DNA of 64,000 nt from Okamejei kenojei (taxonomy: Eukaryota), in the NCBI GenBank assembly GCA_035221665.1, contig CM069155.1, forward strand, positions 30,504,001 to 30,568,000, in the 5' to 3' direction. Of the stretch, positions 26,818 to 39,928 are shown piece after piece. Numbering within the stretch: position 1 is the first letter of the stretch; every line of letters starts with the position of its first letter. A program made the position numbers and the translations under genes. The notes beneath the pieces were generated by a model, which was not told where the DNA came from, ran no database searches, and saw nothing but the letters and a program-made list of their open reading frames with translations.

Positions 26818-27145
26818 TGCCCAGATTTAGTTTTGGTTCCCGTCCCGAAGATATATCTACTATCGGTCCACATATAGCAGTAATAATCAGCGGCGTCTGT
26901 CGATTGAACGTTGGTGATGGTTAAATGCATTCTTGTCGATTCAACGGCACTGGTAAATCGATCAGGTATTCCGGTAGCTCTGGTCGTTCCATACCACACC
27001 AAGACTGGAGCGCTGTCGGGTTTCTGCCAGTACCAGCTCGGATAGGAAAAAGTCCCTTCTGATAGGGTGCAGGTGATCTTGACGGTTTGCCCCGTATATG
27101 TTGAGATAGACGCGTCCTGAGTAACTGTCACCACCGCGCTTGTGG
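26818..27145 (-). CDS. IGLV: Germline-joined VJ exon, IgL cluster 2, with a +1 frameshift in J (pseudogene or assembly error)
   Basis: Acceptor ttccgacag|CC, donor GGCA|gtaagt; TTSAVVTVTQDASIST...ITC...WYWQKP...DYYC-YMWTDSRYI-FGTGTK. It then reads ACC AAAA CTA AAT CTG GGC (T run at 26831-26834 on +); removing one A restores TKLNLG and phase 1. Confidence 0.9.
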
Positions 27146-27240
27146 CTGTCGGAAATACCAAATGAATGCTCAGAGCTCTTCGAAACATTTATGCAATGTA
27201 AGCATATACAACATAAATAAGAATTGCGTGTTTTACTCAC

Positions 27241-27289
27241 TGCGAAGAAATAACACCAGTACGGTCAGTCCTCGAACCCATTCAGCCAT
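27241..27289 (-). CDS. IGLV: Leader exon, IgL cluster 2
   Basis: MAEWVRGLTVLVLFLR + 1 nt, donor A|gtgagt, 95-nt intron, in frame with V. Confidence 0.9.
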
Positions 27290-27385
27290 GGCGTAGGACA
27301 GTGCGGGGTCCCAAGCGAAAGGTTTCTGACAGAAATGTGATTCTAGGCTCTTTGGAGTCCGCACCTTATGAACTCAAAAACATCG

Positions 27386-27433
27386 CAACGTCACTGTGCT
27401 TTAATTATTCATGCAAATTGCTGATCACGTGAC
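27386..27433 (-). promoter_or_regulatory. IgL promoter module (CRE-like site, octamer 27411-27418, E-box)
   Basis: CAACGTCAC-tgtgct-TTAATTATTCATGCAAAT-tgctgat-CACGTGAC. Confidence 0.9.
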
Positions 27434-29299
27434 GTAGAATTACGGAATTAGAGGTTCATGGTAGACTGATGTTTGCAGAGCTCGCTCACTGCAAAGGGCT
27501 GAGAGAAACAAACGTATAGGAGAGGGTAGACACAAAATGCCGGAGTAACTGAGCGGGACAGGCAGCATCCCTGGATGGAAGTAATGGGTGACGTTTCGGG
27601 TCGAGACCCTTCTTCAGAGGAAGGCAGAGGAATAGAGATACAGCAGAGATGCACAAGGCCGGGGTTGTCGTAGACTACAACAGTTGAGGAATAGAAGGGC
27701 TTCAGTAGCCCAAATACAGGGGAACAATAAATAGACAATAGACAGGCAGATAAGTGCGTGGATAATTGTATGGAAAATTCACAATTTAAAATGAGTTTTT
27801 CAAAACAAACACATGGCTCTGAGCCATATTCACTGTCTTATTACTTTTTACCAAATATTTTAGGTTCTACTTGAATGATAGTTAAGTATTTTAATAGTAA
27901 ACCAACCCGTGTATTTATAAACATGCATTAAAGGATGGCCTAACATTCCATAGCACGATTTCATCAACAGCGTGTTTCTGAAACAATATGTATTTTGCCG
28001 AATTAAAAGGCACAGTCGCTAACCATTCAACCAGGACAGTGGAGGAGAATGAGTCGCCGTGCTGAAGGACAAAAACACGTTTTGTAATATCAATGTAATG
28101 GGGGGAGACTGATAATTGAATAACCACATGTTCGTTTTCTACCAATACATATGGCAAAATCGCTCGTTATTCCAGTTATTCTTTGTGGTCTAATCACTGA
28201 AACGGAAAGTCTAATCAAAATACCGAGATAAAATATTATGCAAAAGTGTTCCTGCAAACGGTTTGGCATATTTTCCATTCGCAGTTACCAAGTAAAATCT
28301 CACAAATGTCGCTGCAAAGTATTTGAAGCGTTTTGGGTCACCAGTAGTCTGAAGAGTGCGTGATGGTGGATAATATAGTCATAGCGCTTCAGGTCAGGTC
28401 GGGGGGAGGGGATCCCCCTCGCCACGGGCACCATGTAATCCCGTGCTACCTGCTCCATGGCCGGATTGTAGGCGACTAAACCGGTCCCCACTTGGTTTTC
28501 TAGGTGAGGAGAGGGCTGTGGACCCCCAGTTGGATGAAAAAACAAGACCTGTCAAGGGGTGGGTGAGTTTCTAACGAGCCATCCACACTTCAGTAGGTTA
28601 CGATCACTGTCGCACATAACATTGTATGGAATGATGATAAAGCACACACTAATCCCATACTTTGAGCGGCGGAGGTCGGCAGCAACTGGAGACAGAGATG
28701 TGTGGTGCGTCCGTCATCGTTCCGGTGAAAACCAGCACCACTGCTTCGCTAATATTTTAAACGATGATGAATGAATGAAGTTAATATGGGACAATCATAA
28801 TCATAGGATAATATTATCATAATCATACGTTGCGAATTTCAAAGTCTGTGTAAAGGCCCCTTTAAGTAATTAGATCCGACTTTACCATCTCCTCTGGCAG
28901 CCTGTTTTAGTCATCAATCAATCTGTGATGTAAAACTTGCCCATCAGATCAACTTCGACTAAATTTAAACTGTGCCTTTATTTTGATACTTCCAGCAGGA
29001 AAATAAGTTTTTGACACTTTATTCTAATATGTCTCTAAATATTCTAAAAGGCGACCACTCAGCCTTCGTCCAGCCTGTCCAATTTCACCACATATCGAAT
29101 GTCCGCCAATCCAGACAACGTCCTGGAGAATGGTTCTCCTTCTCTCCAATACTATCACATCCTTCATATCGTCTGGTAGTCTGACGAACGCACAATACTC
29201 CAAGTGAGACTGAAGCAGTGTTTGTTAAAATTGCAACATAACATCTCAGTTCATATATCATATTCATTATCAGGAGATACATGAGCATGTAAACTAGTA

Positions 29300-30835
29300 A
29301 ATGCTATGGTGGTCATGGTAGACTTCAATATGCAGGTAGACTGGGTCAATCAGGTTGGTACTGGACCCTAAGAAATGAAATTTGTAGCGTGCCTCCGAGA
29401 TGATTTCTTAGAGCAGCTTGTGAGGAGCCTACCAGGCAAGAAGGCAATTTTGCGTTTAGTGTTATGTAATGAACCAGATTTGATTAGGGAACTCAAAGTA
29501 AAGGAACCATGAGGAGGTAGCGACCACAATATGATATATTTCAATCTGTAATTTGAGAGGGAGAAGGTGATTTCAGATGTGTTGGTATTGTAGCTGGGCA
29601 AAGGAGACTACAGGGGCATGAGGGAGGAGCTGGCTAAAGTTGACTAGAAAGGGACCATAGCAGGGATGACGGTGGAAGAGCAATGGCGGGAATTTCAGGA
29701 AATATTCCAGAAGATGCAGGATCTTTTCATTTCCAAAGAGGAAGAAATATACTAGGGAGAGAAAGAGACAACCGTGGCTGAAAAGGAAAGTCAAGGACAG
29801 TATAAAAAAAAAAGGTGTATAACATAGCAAAGATTAGTGGGAAGCAAAATGATTGGGAAGCTTTTAAGAACAACGGAGGGTAACTAAAAAGACAAGAAGG
29901 GGAGAACAAATGAAATACGAAAGTAAGCTAGCCAATAATATAAAAGAGGACAGCAAGAGTTTCTTCAGTTATATAAAAGGCAAGAAAGCAGCAAGAGCAG
30001 ACGTTGGACCGCTGAAGAATGATGCAGGAGAAGTGATAATGGGAAATAAATACATGATATTTAGAAGTTCACGATAAAATAGGCTAAAGTCAGCATGTCT
30101 TTGCGAAGGGGAGATCTTGCTTGACAAATTTGCTGGAATTATTTGAAGAAGTAAATAACAGGACAGTCAAATGAGATCTTGCTTATTTAGATTTTCAGAA
30201 AGCCTTTGATAAGGTGCCACGTGTTAGGCTGCTTAGGAAGATGAGAGCCCAAGGTATCAATAGGGACATACTAGCATGGATAGCAGGTTGCCTGGATGGC
30301 TGAAGACAAAGAGTGGGAATAAATGCGGCTTTTTCTGGTTGGCTGCCAGTGACTTATGGAGTTCCGCAAGGGTTGGTGCTGGACCCGCTACTCTTCATGT
30401 TGTATATTAATGATTTGGACATGGGGATTGAAGGCTTTGTGGGAGAATATGCAGATGATGGAAAATAGGTGGAGGGGTAGATAGTGTAGAGAAAGCAGTG
30501 ACTCTGCAAAAGGACTTCGACAGGTTGGGAGAGTGGGCAGAGAAGTGGCAGATGGGATATAGTGTAGCAAAATGGGGAGTCGTGCATTTTGGTAATAGGA
30601 ATAAAGTCTTAGACTATTTTATAAATGGGATGAGAATCCAGAAATCAGAGGTGCACAGGGACGGGAGTGCTGATTCAGGAAATGAAACTGCAAGTCGAAT
30701 CGGTAGCAAAGGAAACAAACTCATTGTTAGCATTTATTTCAAGAGGGCTTGTATACAAAAATAGGGATGTAATGTTGAGGCTCTATAAGGCACTGGTAAG
30801 GCCCCATTTGGAATATTTTGAGTAATTATGGGTAA
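29300..30835 (+). mobile_element. CR1-like LINE, internal and RT remnant (degraded)
   Basis: Remnants gattttcagaaagcctttgataaggtgcc (DFQKAFDKVP), ggagttccgcaagggttggtgctgg (GVPQGxVL) and LQKDFDRLGEWAEKWQM. Confidence 0.8.
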
Positions 30836-30883
30836 GTGTAAAGTGAGGCGACATAATTATTGTGTATTAATGTCTAGGGGACG

Positions 30884-30922
<39 letters not shown>

Positions 30923-31524
30923 CGTTATGACATCAACCCTCGGTACCCATTGGAAATTATGCTGTGATAGGTAAATCGATCGTTGGTGTTGACACGATGG
31001 GGTTAAGGGCCTGTTTCCATGCTGTATCTCTGCACTAAACTAAACTAATCTTTGACAAGCATTGATCCCATGACTTCTCTGGCTTTAAGGTAAAGGACTT
31101 TTTGAAGAACTTTAGTGAAAATCCAACCATTAAAAATGTTTGATACCTCCAACAGCCAATTTGTCCGTGGCCTCGTCCACTATTGATCTCGAGATTCCAC
31201 AGCATTTACACACACGCTGAAATCTTGTCGGCGATCAGGCGGTTTAGGATTAGCCAGCTCATTCACTTGCGTCTAAAGCGAGCGGAAGTTAGGTTAAAAT
31301 ATGGTAGATTGTTTTATTTGATGCTGCCAAACCTACTGAGATCCTCCACCAATTCGTTTTTGTCCCGCTTTACAAATCTGAAATTGCTTTTATTATGTTT
31401 TTAATGTTTAAATAATTACCATTGTTTTACGTCGGTATTAGGCTTGAGGTTTCTTGCCTTTCACCTTTTTTTCTTATTTAACTGAATGGCCCTGATTAAC
31501 TGAATGGCCCTGAGTTGATAAATA

Positions 31525-33320
31525 TATATTTTTTGTTTAATATTTTTATTAGAAGCATTCCATATTATCTAAGGTACAACAGCACTTCAAATACAAATCA
31601 GACTTATCACAAACGTTGTACAGATATTACGGGATAATTTATGTATGCTACTGTTTTTTGATTTTTTTGGGAAGGTAAGGAAGTGAAAAAAAAGTAAAGG
31701 TATAAATCAATAATCAAGACGTTGTGATTAAATAATAATGATTATATAATAAAAAAAAAATAAATAAATAAAAAATAAAGATAAACAAGAAAAATTAAAA
31801 CAAATAAAAACAATTATAATATAATAAAAAATTTAAAAAAGGAATCTTAACATTGAATGGAACAGTTTCATCTAACAATATCTATTGAGAAGTGTATACA
31901 TATCCCAATACTTTTTTCATCTAATCCTACACCAGGGTACTTATTGAGTTGCGGTGCTGAGCTCAGCTACCCCTTTAAGTAATCAATGAATGGAGACCAT
32001 ATTTGTTCAAAAAAGTTCATATTTGTCCATTAGGCCAAACCTAATTCTTTCCAAATGCAACGTCTCCGACATTTTCACAGTCCACATTTTGATTGTGGGA
32101 GATAATGTTCCCTTCCAGAATTTTAATATTAATGTTTTTCCAATTATCAAACAGTAATCAAGAAAATGTATTTGACTTACTGTTAATATTAAGCTTGAGT
32201 CAGGGACTCCTAATATTATTAACTTCAGATCAGGGTCCAATTTAGTTTTAAGAACCTCAGAGCTGATTCCAAAAATATCAGCCCAATAACTATTAAGTTT
32301 TATGCATATTACAAAAAACTATGCATTAAGTTAGCTTCTAAATTCTGACATTTATCGCAAATAGAAGAAATGTTAGGAAAAAATCTATTTAATTTCGTTT
32401 TTGAGTAGTGTAATCTATGTATTACTTTAAATTGTACCAAATTATGTCTGGCATTCAATGAGCATCGGTGAATACGTTGTAAACTTTCTCCCAAGTGTCT
32501 TTCATTATAGATAGACCTATTTCATTTTCCCATATCTGTCGGTATGATTTTGTTGTTGGGACATCCCTATCCAAAAGAGTATTATATATGCACGCTATTC
32601 ATTTTTTCTGTATTTGGGTGCTTGTTAAGCCACTCGTCCAATAATCCTGGCTCTCTATTCTTACAGTCTTGCATGTTTGACTTGATATAGTCTCTAATTT
32701 GTAAATACCTAAACAAGTTATTTGGGTGTAATCCCTAGCTATCTTGTAATTCTTGAAATGATAGAAATTTCCCTTTCCTGTAAAGGTGTTCTATCCTTAT
32801 AATTCCTAAATTTTTCCAGTGTCTAAAATAGAAGGTTTAAATAATGGATTATTCATAATTGGTAAACAGAGTGACATATTATCCAGATGTAAAGTCTTAA
32901 CTATTTGTTTCCAAATACGTATATTGCTATAAATTATAGGGTTATCCCGTAAGTTTTTTTTTGTACTTCACTTGGAGCAAGAAGAATCGAACTTATATCA
33001 AATGGTAAACAGTCTTCCATTTCCATCTTTAGCCAAGCTGGTTCCTGGTCCATTTTTACCAGCCAAAAATTCATATTCTTAATCTGAACCGCCCAAAAAT
33101 AATATAGAAAAATTAGGTAACGCTAATCCTCCATTTATCTTGGATTTACATAAATGTTTTTTACTTATTCTGTGATTTTTATAATCCCAAATAAGGCTGT
33201 TAATAATTAGAATCGATTTTTTTTGAAAAAAAATTTGGGGAGATATAATGGGATAGCTTGAAATAAATATAATAATTGTTGATAAACATTTTTGATAGTC
33301 AAAGGCCTTCAGAAATATTG
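31525..33320 (-). mobile_element. 5'-truncated L1-clade LINE (ORF2 C-terminus, degraded)
   Basis: KHLCKSKINGGLALPNF and IHRCSLNARHNLVQFKVIHRLHYSKTKLNRFFPNISSICDKC...HSF; T-rich (+ strand) 3' end at about 31525-31550. Confidence 0.8.
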
Positions 33321-34355
33321 ACAATCTCTCGTGAGTTCAGGACAGAGGGCGAAGCTGGAGATGGGCGTTAACGATCCGTAACAGGTTTCCAGAAGAGATT
33401 TTAACATGATGCTCTCCTTGACTCATGCACGACACGTGTTGTTGGCGCTCCTGATTCCGATGAGGGCCTTGCTGTTCCAATCTAAGCCAGTCAGATCTGG
33501 GAAAGCGAACTTCAGTGGACTGGAAAACACATGTGCCGAGTACAGAGTCGTGGAAAGATTCTGAAAAATCGAAGCGCATGAATTCGACAGAGCCTATAGT
33601 AGATTGCAGTGCGCAGACTATTCGACCTTATGTATTCAGGTAAGATAGGCATAAAAACCTGGAGTAACTCGGCTGGTTTGGCAGCATGTCTGTGGAAAAG
33701 GTAATATGTGATGTTTTTGAGTCCAGATCTTTCCTTGGACTTATTCCGGGTGCGGCTTCCGAAGACAAATTGATCTTTCTATCGATAATCTTCTAGATGG
33801 AGGTTTAAGTGATACAACATCACCACCTACCGGTGTGAGCACATCTGCAGCGCTGCCAACACTGGGTGAGAGCTGGGAGTGAGAAATTGCGAGAGACCAT
33901 ACCCTAGGGCGCGCAGCGTCCGAGGTAGGGGGAGGGGGGAGTGGGTGTGGAAGGGGGAAGAGGGATGTCCCCCCTTCCCATGGTAGAGACTTTTTGAAAA
34001 TTGATGTATTAAAATCATGTTTTAGCGCATTGTAGAAGTATGATTTAAATGTATTTTGTTTGAAGTCTTTTGAAGAGGTAAATTTTTAACGGTGGGTGTA
34101 TGGAACAAGCTGCCGTAGGAGGTAGTTGAGACAGGGACTATCCTAACATTTAAGAACCAGTTAGATTGATACATGGATAGGATAGGTTTGGAGAGATATG
34201 GACCAAAAGCAGGTAGTGTAGCTGGGACATGTTGGCGGGTGTAGGCAAGTTGCGCCGAAGGGCCTGTTTTCATACTGTATCACTCCATGACTACATTATA
34301 CCTCCACCATGCATGAATGCTTCAAAATCACGTGGTCGAGTTTTATTGCTATATA

Positions 34356-35340
34356 TAGCAATGTTACAAAATTTTGAGATTTTAAAAATCAAGTCTGCAA
34401 TTTATCCCATCAAAGCATAAAAAGAAGTTTAATTTGACACCTAATTCACTTTCATATCTTCAGTATTAAAAAAGTTATGGCCCTTTTCATACTCGGAAAT
34501 TAGCATCATGTTCCCCATTGGCCTTTTCCATTGACTTAACTCAAAAGCTGTGATCTAGAACAGTCAAAAGCCCATAACTTTCTTAAAAATTAAGAGAACT
34601 CAATGAAATTTTCAGTTTTTATAGATTGAAGCATTCTGAAACAAATATGAAACAATCTTACTTGGATGACCTGAAATTATAGCATATAATTAGTTAGTTA
34701 TCTAATTGTAGCTAATTACGAAATTCAATTACTAGATCTAAACATCTATCCATTTCTTAAGAAAAGAAAAATGATTTTAAATCTCATTTTCATGAATTTA
34801 TAGGCCAAATGGAAGGAATTTAGTGTTTAATGCCTGTAAATTAATGGCCATTTAAATCAACTAGCGAGTGTGTTTTAGTGGAACGCGGTGGATTGGAACA
34901 TTGCGGTTTGCGGTGAATTTAACCCACAGTCGGTATGAAAAATACAGCCGGTTCATACATTTTTTTTGTCCCCTTTTCGCAACATGAAAATTTGATTCAA
35001 TGCGTCCTAAGAACCACGTTTTTATGTAAAAATAAACTGTGCACCTTATTTTATCGCCTACGTTAGGTCCGTTCTGCTGTCGGCGTTCAGAGCTTTAGAA
35101 AATGATTTTTAAACTACTCTAGTTAATAAATAATCTAGCGTAGTTTAAAAATAGCTTCACGAATGAAATGTCGGTGCGATTTCTCTTTAGCGACGAAAAT
35201 CGCCCGACATGGATCGATTTGGACTGTCTAGGGAAAAAACGGTATTTTAAACCCGTCCCCCTCTGAAAGGCGCCAAAGTCACGCACACGGGGAGCGGCAG
35301 AACTGCAGCGCCGCTAAAGGTAGGTATTGTAACATACCTA
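34356..35340. mobile_element. Non-autonomous DNA transposon, about 1 kb, with imperfect 14-bp terminal inverted repeats
   Basis: Left TAGCAATGTTACAA (34356-34369) vs right TTGTAACATACCTA (35327-35340), in TA-rich flanks; related partial copy at 52958-54180; superfamily not assigned. Confidence 0.6.
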
Positions 35341-35830
35341 CTATATACTCAAGCGTAGAAACATGGAAAATAGGTGCAGGAATAGGCCATTTGGCCCTTC
35401 GAGCCAGCACTGCCATTCAATATGATCATGGCTGTTCATCTAAAATCAGTACCTCTTTCATGTTTTTTCCCCCATATCCATTGATTTCGCGAGCCTCAAG
35501 AGCTAAATGTAACTCTATTGAAAAAAAACCCGTGAATTGGCTTCCACTGTGGCTGTGGCTCAGAATTCCACAGATTTGCAACTCTCTGGGTGACGAAAGT
35601 TTGTCCTCATCTCATTCCCAACCTTTCTTACCATTTATTCTTGAACTGTGACACCTGGTTCTGAACTCCCCCCAACATCGGGAACATTTTTCCTGCAGTT
35701 ACAGTAAATACAAATCTAGCAGGCAAGCAGGATGCTTTCTCCAACCACCCCGGCGTTTCTACCCAGTGCTTGGTACCTACCTCCAGCAGCCAATGGTTGC
35801 CCTCCAGGATACACTGAGCCGCAGCCTGAA

Positions 35831-35983
35831 GGGCCTGTCCCACTTAGGGGATCTTTTGGGCGACTACAAGCGACCGTGGTAACATATTTTGCTGCCGGAG
35901 GTTGTCGCGAGTTGTCGTAGGTGAATGCTAGTAAAACTAGTGTCTGACAGTCGCCTATAGAGTCGCCTCAGTGGGACAGCCCC
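35831..35983. mobile_element. MITE, PIF/Harbinger-like
   Basis: TIR GGGCCTGTCCCACT ... AGTGGGACAGCCCC (13/14 match) with internal cgac/gtcg inverted repeats. Confidence 0.6.
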
Positions 35984-36889
35984 ATAAATATGTGCGTGGG
36001 AAAAGCGTAGATCAGGGGAGCCGCAACCAACTGCGTCACACGTTGTCCAGCCCACTCTCCAAGTCGCCGAGAGACAGAAAAAACCGTAGTAACATCCAAT
36101 TTCCTCTCCGTGTCTGTGGACCGACTCCAAGCACCCATTGATGGGTTTGTAGGTTAATTGGCCCTGTGTAAACTGCCCCCTAGTGTGCAGGGAGTGGATG
36201 AGAAAGTGGGATAACATAGAACCAGTGTTATCGGGTGATTGATGGTCGGCACGGACTCGAGGTGCCGAAGGGTCTGTTTCCACGCTGTGTCTTTGAACTA
36301 ATAATATTGAAAATATCAAGACTTTTACCTATCGGAATTGAACAAGGAGAATATTATACCAAGGTTGCAGAGTATTTGAATGGCATTTACTGCATAATCC
36401 CTGAGGTTATTCTTTGTAAAGTGAAGGACAGAGTTCATCTCTACAAGTTTCATTTTTTGAAGTTAATTTGTGGTTTATATTTACCATCTTACCTTTGCTT
36501 ATTTGTTCCCGCGATACATGAATCCAAGACTACATTTAATGATACACAAAATATCAATTTAAAGAAAGATATCAACTAATTTCCGCAATTGAGTATGAAT
36601 ATCGATTTTTTTTTTTAACACCCCCTCTCTCTCAGTCCCTCCCCCACCCGAGTGGCACGAGCTTCAAAGTCATCTTGTTGGGTCTCATTGTGTGAGAAGG
36701 AACTGCTGATGTTAGTTTAAACCGAAGAGAGAGACAAAATGCTGGCGTAACTCAGGGGACAGGCAGCATCTCTAGAGACAAGGAATAGATGAGGTTTCGG
36801 GTCGATACCCTTCTAAAAGTTTTGGGTCGAGACACTTGAAAGGGTCACGGCCAGAAACGTCACAGCAATAGCGATAGCACCCTCTACAT

Positions 36890-37566
36890 GTTCAAGTGCA
36901 AGTGAGTTTATTGTCATGTGTCCCTGATAGGACAATGAAATTCTTGCTTTGCTTCAGCACAACAGAACATAGTGGGCATTAACTACAAAAACAGATCAGT
37001 GTGTTCATATACCATTATATAAATATATACACACATGAATAAATACACTGATAAAGTGCAAATAACAGATAATGGGTTATTAATGTTCAGAGTTTTGTCC
37101 GAGCCAGGTTTAATAGCCCGATGGGCTGTGGGGAAGTAGCTATTCCTGAACCTGGTCGTTGCTGTCTTCAGGCTCATGAGTATACCTTCTACCTGAAGGT
37201 AGCAGGGAGATGAGTGTGTGGCCAGGATGGTGTGGGTCTTTGATGATACTGCCAGCCTTTATGAGGCAGCGACTGCGGTAAATCCCCGCGATGGGAGGAA
37301 GGTCAGAGCCGATGATGGACTGGGCAGTGTTTACTACTTTTTGTAGTCTTTTCCTCTCCAGGGTGCTCAAGTTGCCAAACCAAGCCACGATGCAACCGGT
37401 CAGCAAGGTCTCTACTGTGCACTGTAGAAGTTAGAGAGAGTCCTCCTTGACAAACAGACTCTCCGTAATCTTCTCAGGAAGTAGAGGCGCTGATGAGCTT
37501 TCTTGATAATTGCATCAGTGTTCTCGGACCAGGAAAGATCCTCAGAGATGTGCACGCCCAGGAGTT
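36890..37566 (-). mobile_element. Rex1-like LINE 3' fragment
   Basis: MLTGCIVAWFGNLSTLERKRLQKVVNTAQSIIGSDLP... closely matches the 3956-4771 ORF; same 3' UTR. Confidence 0.85.
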
Positions 37567-37699
37567 CCAGTTTAGTTTATTGTCACGTGTACCTAGGTAC
37601 AGTGAAAAAGCTTTTGTTGTGTTCTAACTAGTCAGCGGGTTGTGGGGGGGGGGGGGGGGGGGGGGGTGGGGGGGGTGGGGGGGGTGGGTTGGTGGGGGG

Positions 37700-39900
37700 G
37701 GGGTAGTGACAAATTGGGGAGTATACAGATAGAATTAAAAGCGGAAGTGAGTACAGGAAAAGTTCAAAAAGACTCTCGAATTAATGGGAAGGAATGTTTG
37801 AGAAGGGTAAGAGAGTAAGGTCAGGGCCAATAGTGACCGCAGTGAGAAGGGAGGTGAATATTCAATGGTATATGTACTATCGAAAAAACCGACAGGTTGG
37901 AAGAGGGAGTGGGGTAGCTCTGTTGGTGAGGATTGTAATTCAGTCATTTGCGAGGGGTGACATAGAATCAGGAGATGTAGAGTCAGTATGGATGGAACTG
38001 AGAAATAGTAAGGGTAAAAATAACTTAATGGGTGTTATCTACAGGCCCCTGAACAGTAGCCCTGGATATAGGGTGCAAGTTGAATCCAGAGTTAAAATTG
38101 GCATGTGTTGTTATGGAAGATTTCAACATGCAGGTGGACTGGGAAAATCGGGTTGGTACTGAACCCCAAGAAAGGGAGTTAGTGGCGATGGATTCTTCGA
38201 GCAGCTTGCAGGGATGACAGTGGATTTCTAGATACCCTAGCACGGATGACAGTGGAACAACAATGGCAGGTATTTCTGGGAATAATACAGAAGGTGCAGG
38301 ATCAGTTCATTCCAAAGAGGAAGAAAGATTTCCAAGGGGAGTCAGGTGCGACCGTGGCTGACAGGGGAAGCCAGGGACAGCATAAACGAAAAGAAAGGTA
38401 CAACAGAGCTAAGATGAGCGGGAAGCCAGAGGATTGGGTAACTTTTGAGAGCACAGAAGATAACTAAAAAGACAATATGTGGAGAAAATATGAGGCACGA
38501 AGGTAAGCTGGCCAGGAATATAATGAGGATAGTAAAAACCTTCTTTAGGTATGTGAAGAGTGAAAAATTAGTTTAGACCAAAGATGGAGCCTTGAAGACT
38601 GAAAATAGTGAATTTATTGTGGGAAACATGGAAATGGGAGACGAGTTGAACAGGTACTTTGGATCCATCTTCACTAATTATTAACAGATTAACCCTTATT
38701 AATCCATGTAGTGGATCATTCACAAACAATCTTCCTGATGTAGTGGTGGCCAGAGGATCTAGGCTGACGGAGGAACTGAAGGAAATTCACATTAGGCTGG
38801 AAATGGTGTTGATGGGACTGAAGGCTGGGCTAGAGCGTCTCCATCCCAGAGTACTTAAGGATGTGGCTCTAGAAATCGTGGATGCATTGGTGATCATTTT
38901 CCAATGTTCTATGGAATCAGGATCAGTTCCTGTGGATTTAAGGGTTGGTAATGTTATCCCATTTTGTAAGAAAGGCGGGAGAGAGAAAACAGGGAATTAT
39001 AGACCAATTAGCCTGACGTCGATGGTGGGGAAGATGCTGGATTCAATTATAAACGATGAAATAGCGGCACATTTGGATAGCAGTAGCAGGTCGGTCCGAG
39101 TCAGCATGGATTTATGAAGGGGAAATCTGCCTGAATAATCTTCTGGAATTTTTTGAGGATGTAACTGGGAAAATGGACACAGGGAGATTCAGCAGATGTA
39201 GTGTACCTGGACTTTCAGAAAGCATTTGATAAAGGTCCCACATGGGAGATTACTGGGCAAAATTAGAGCACATGGTATTGGGGGAAGGGTGCTGACATGG
39301 ATAGAAAATTGGTTGGCAGGCAGGAAACAAAGAGTAGGGATTAACGTGTGCCTTTCAGAATGGTAGGCAGTGACTAGTGGGGTACCACAAGGATCAGTGC
39401 TGGGACCGCAGCTATTTACAATATATATTCATGATTTAGAAGAAGGGATTGAAAGTAACATTAGCAAATTTGCAGATGACACAAAACTGGGTGGCAGTGT
39501 GAACTGTGAGGAGGATGCTGTGAGGATGCAGGGATGGACATGTTGGGTGCGTGGACAGATGAATGGCAGATGCAGTTTAATGTGGATAAATATGAGGTTA
39601 TCCACTTTGGTGGCAAAACAGAAAGGCAGATTATTATCTAAATGGTGTCAAGTTGGGAAAAGGGGACGTACAATGGGATCTAGGGGTCCTTGTTAATCAG
39701 TCAATGAAAGTAAGCATGCAGGTACAGCAGGCAGCGAGGAAAGCGAAAGGCATGTTGACCTTCATAACAAGAGGAGTTGAGTATGGGAACAAAGAGGTTC
39801 TTCTGCAGTTGTACAGGGCCCTGGTAAGACAACACCTGGAGTATTGTGTGCAGTTTTGGTCTCCAAATTTGACGAAGGACATTCTTGCTATTGAGGAAGA
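37700..39900 (+). mobile_element. CR1-like LINE (EN and RT remnants, degraded)
   Basis: [77 protein letters not shown]. Confidence 0.85.
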
Positions 39901-39928
39901 GGAGCGTGGTAGTTGACGACTGTGTTTC

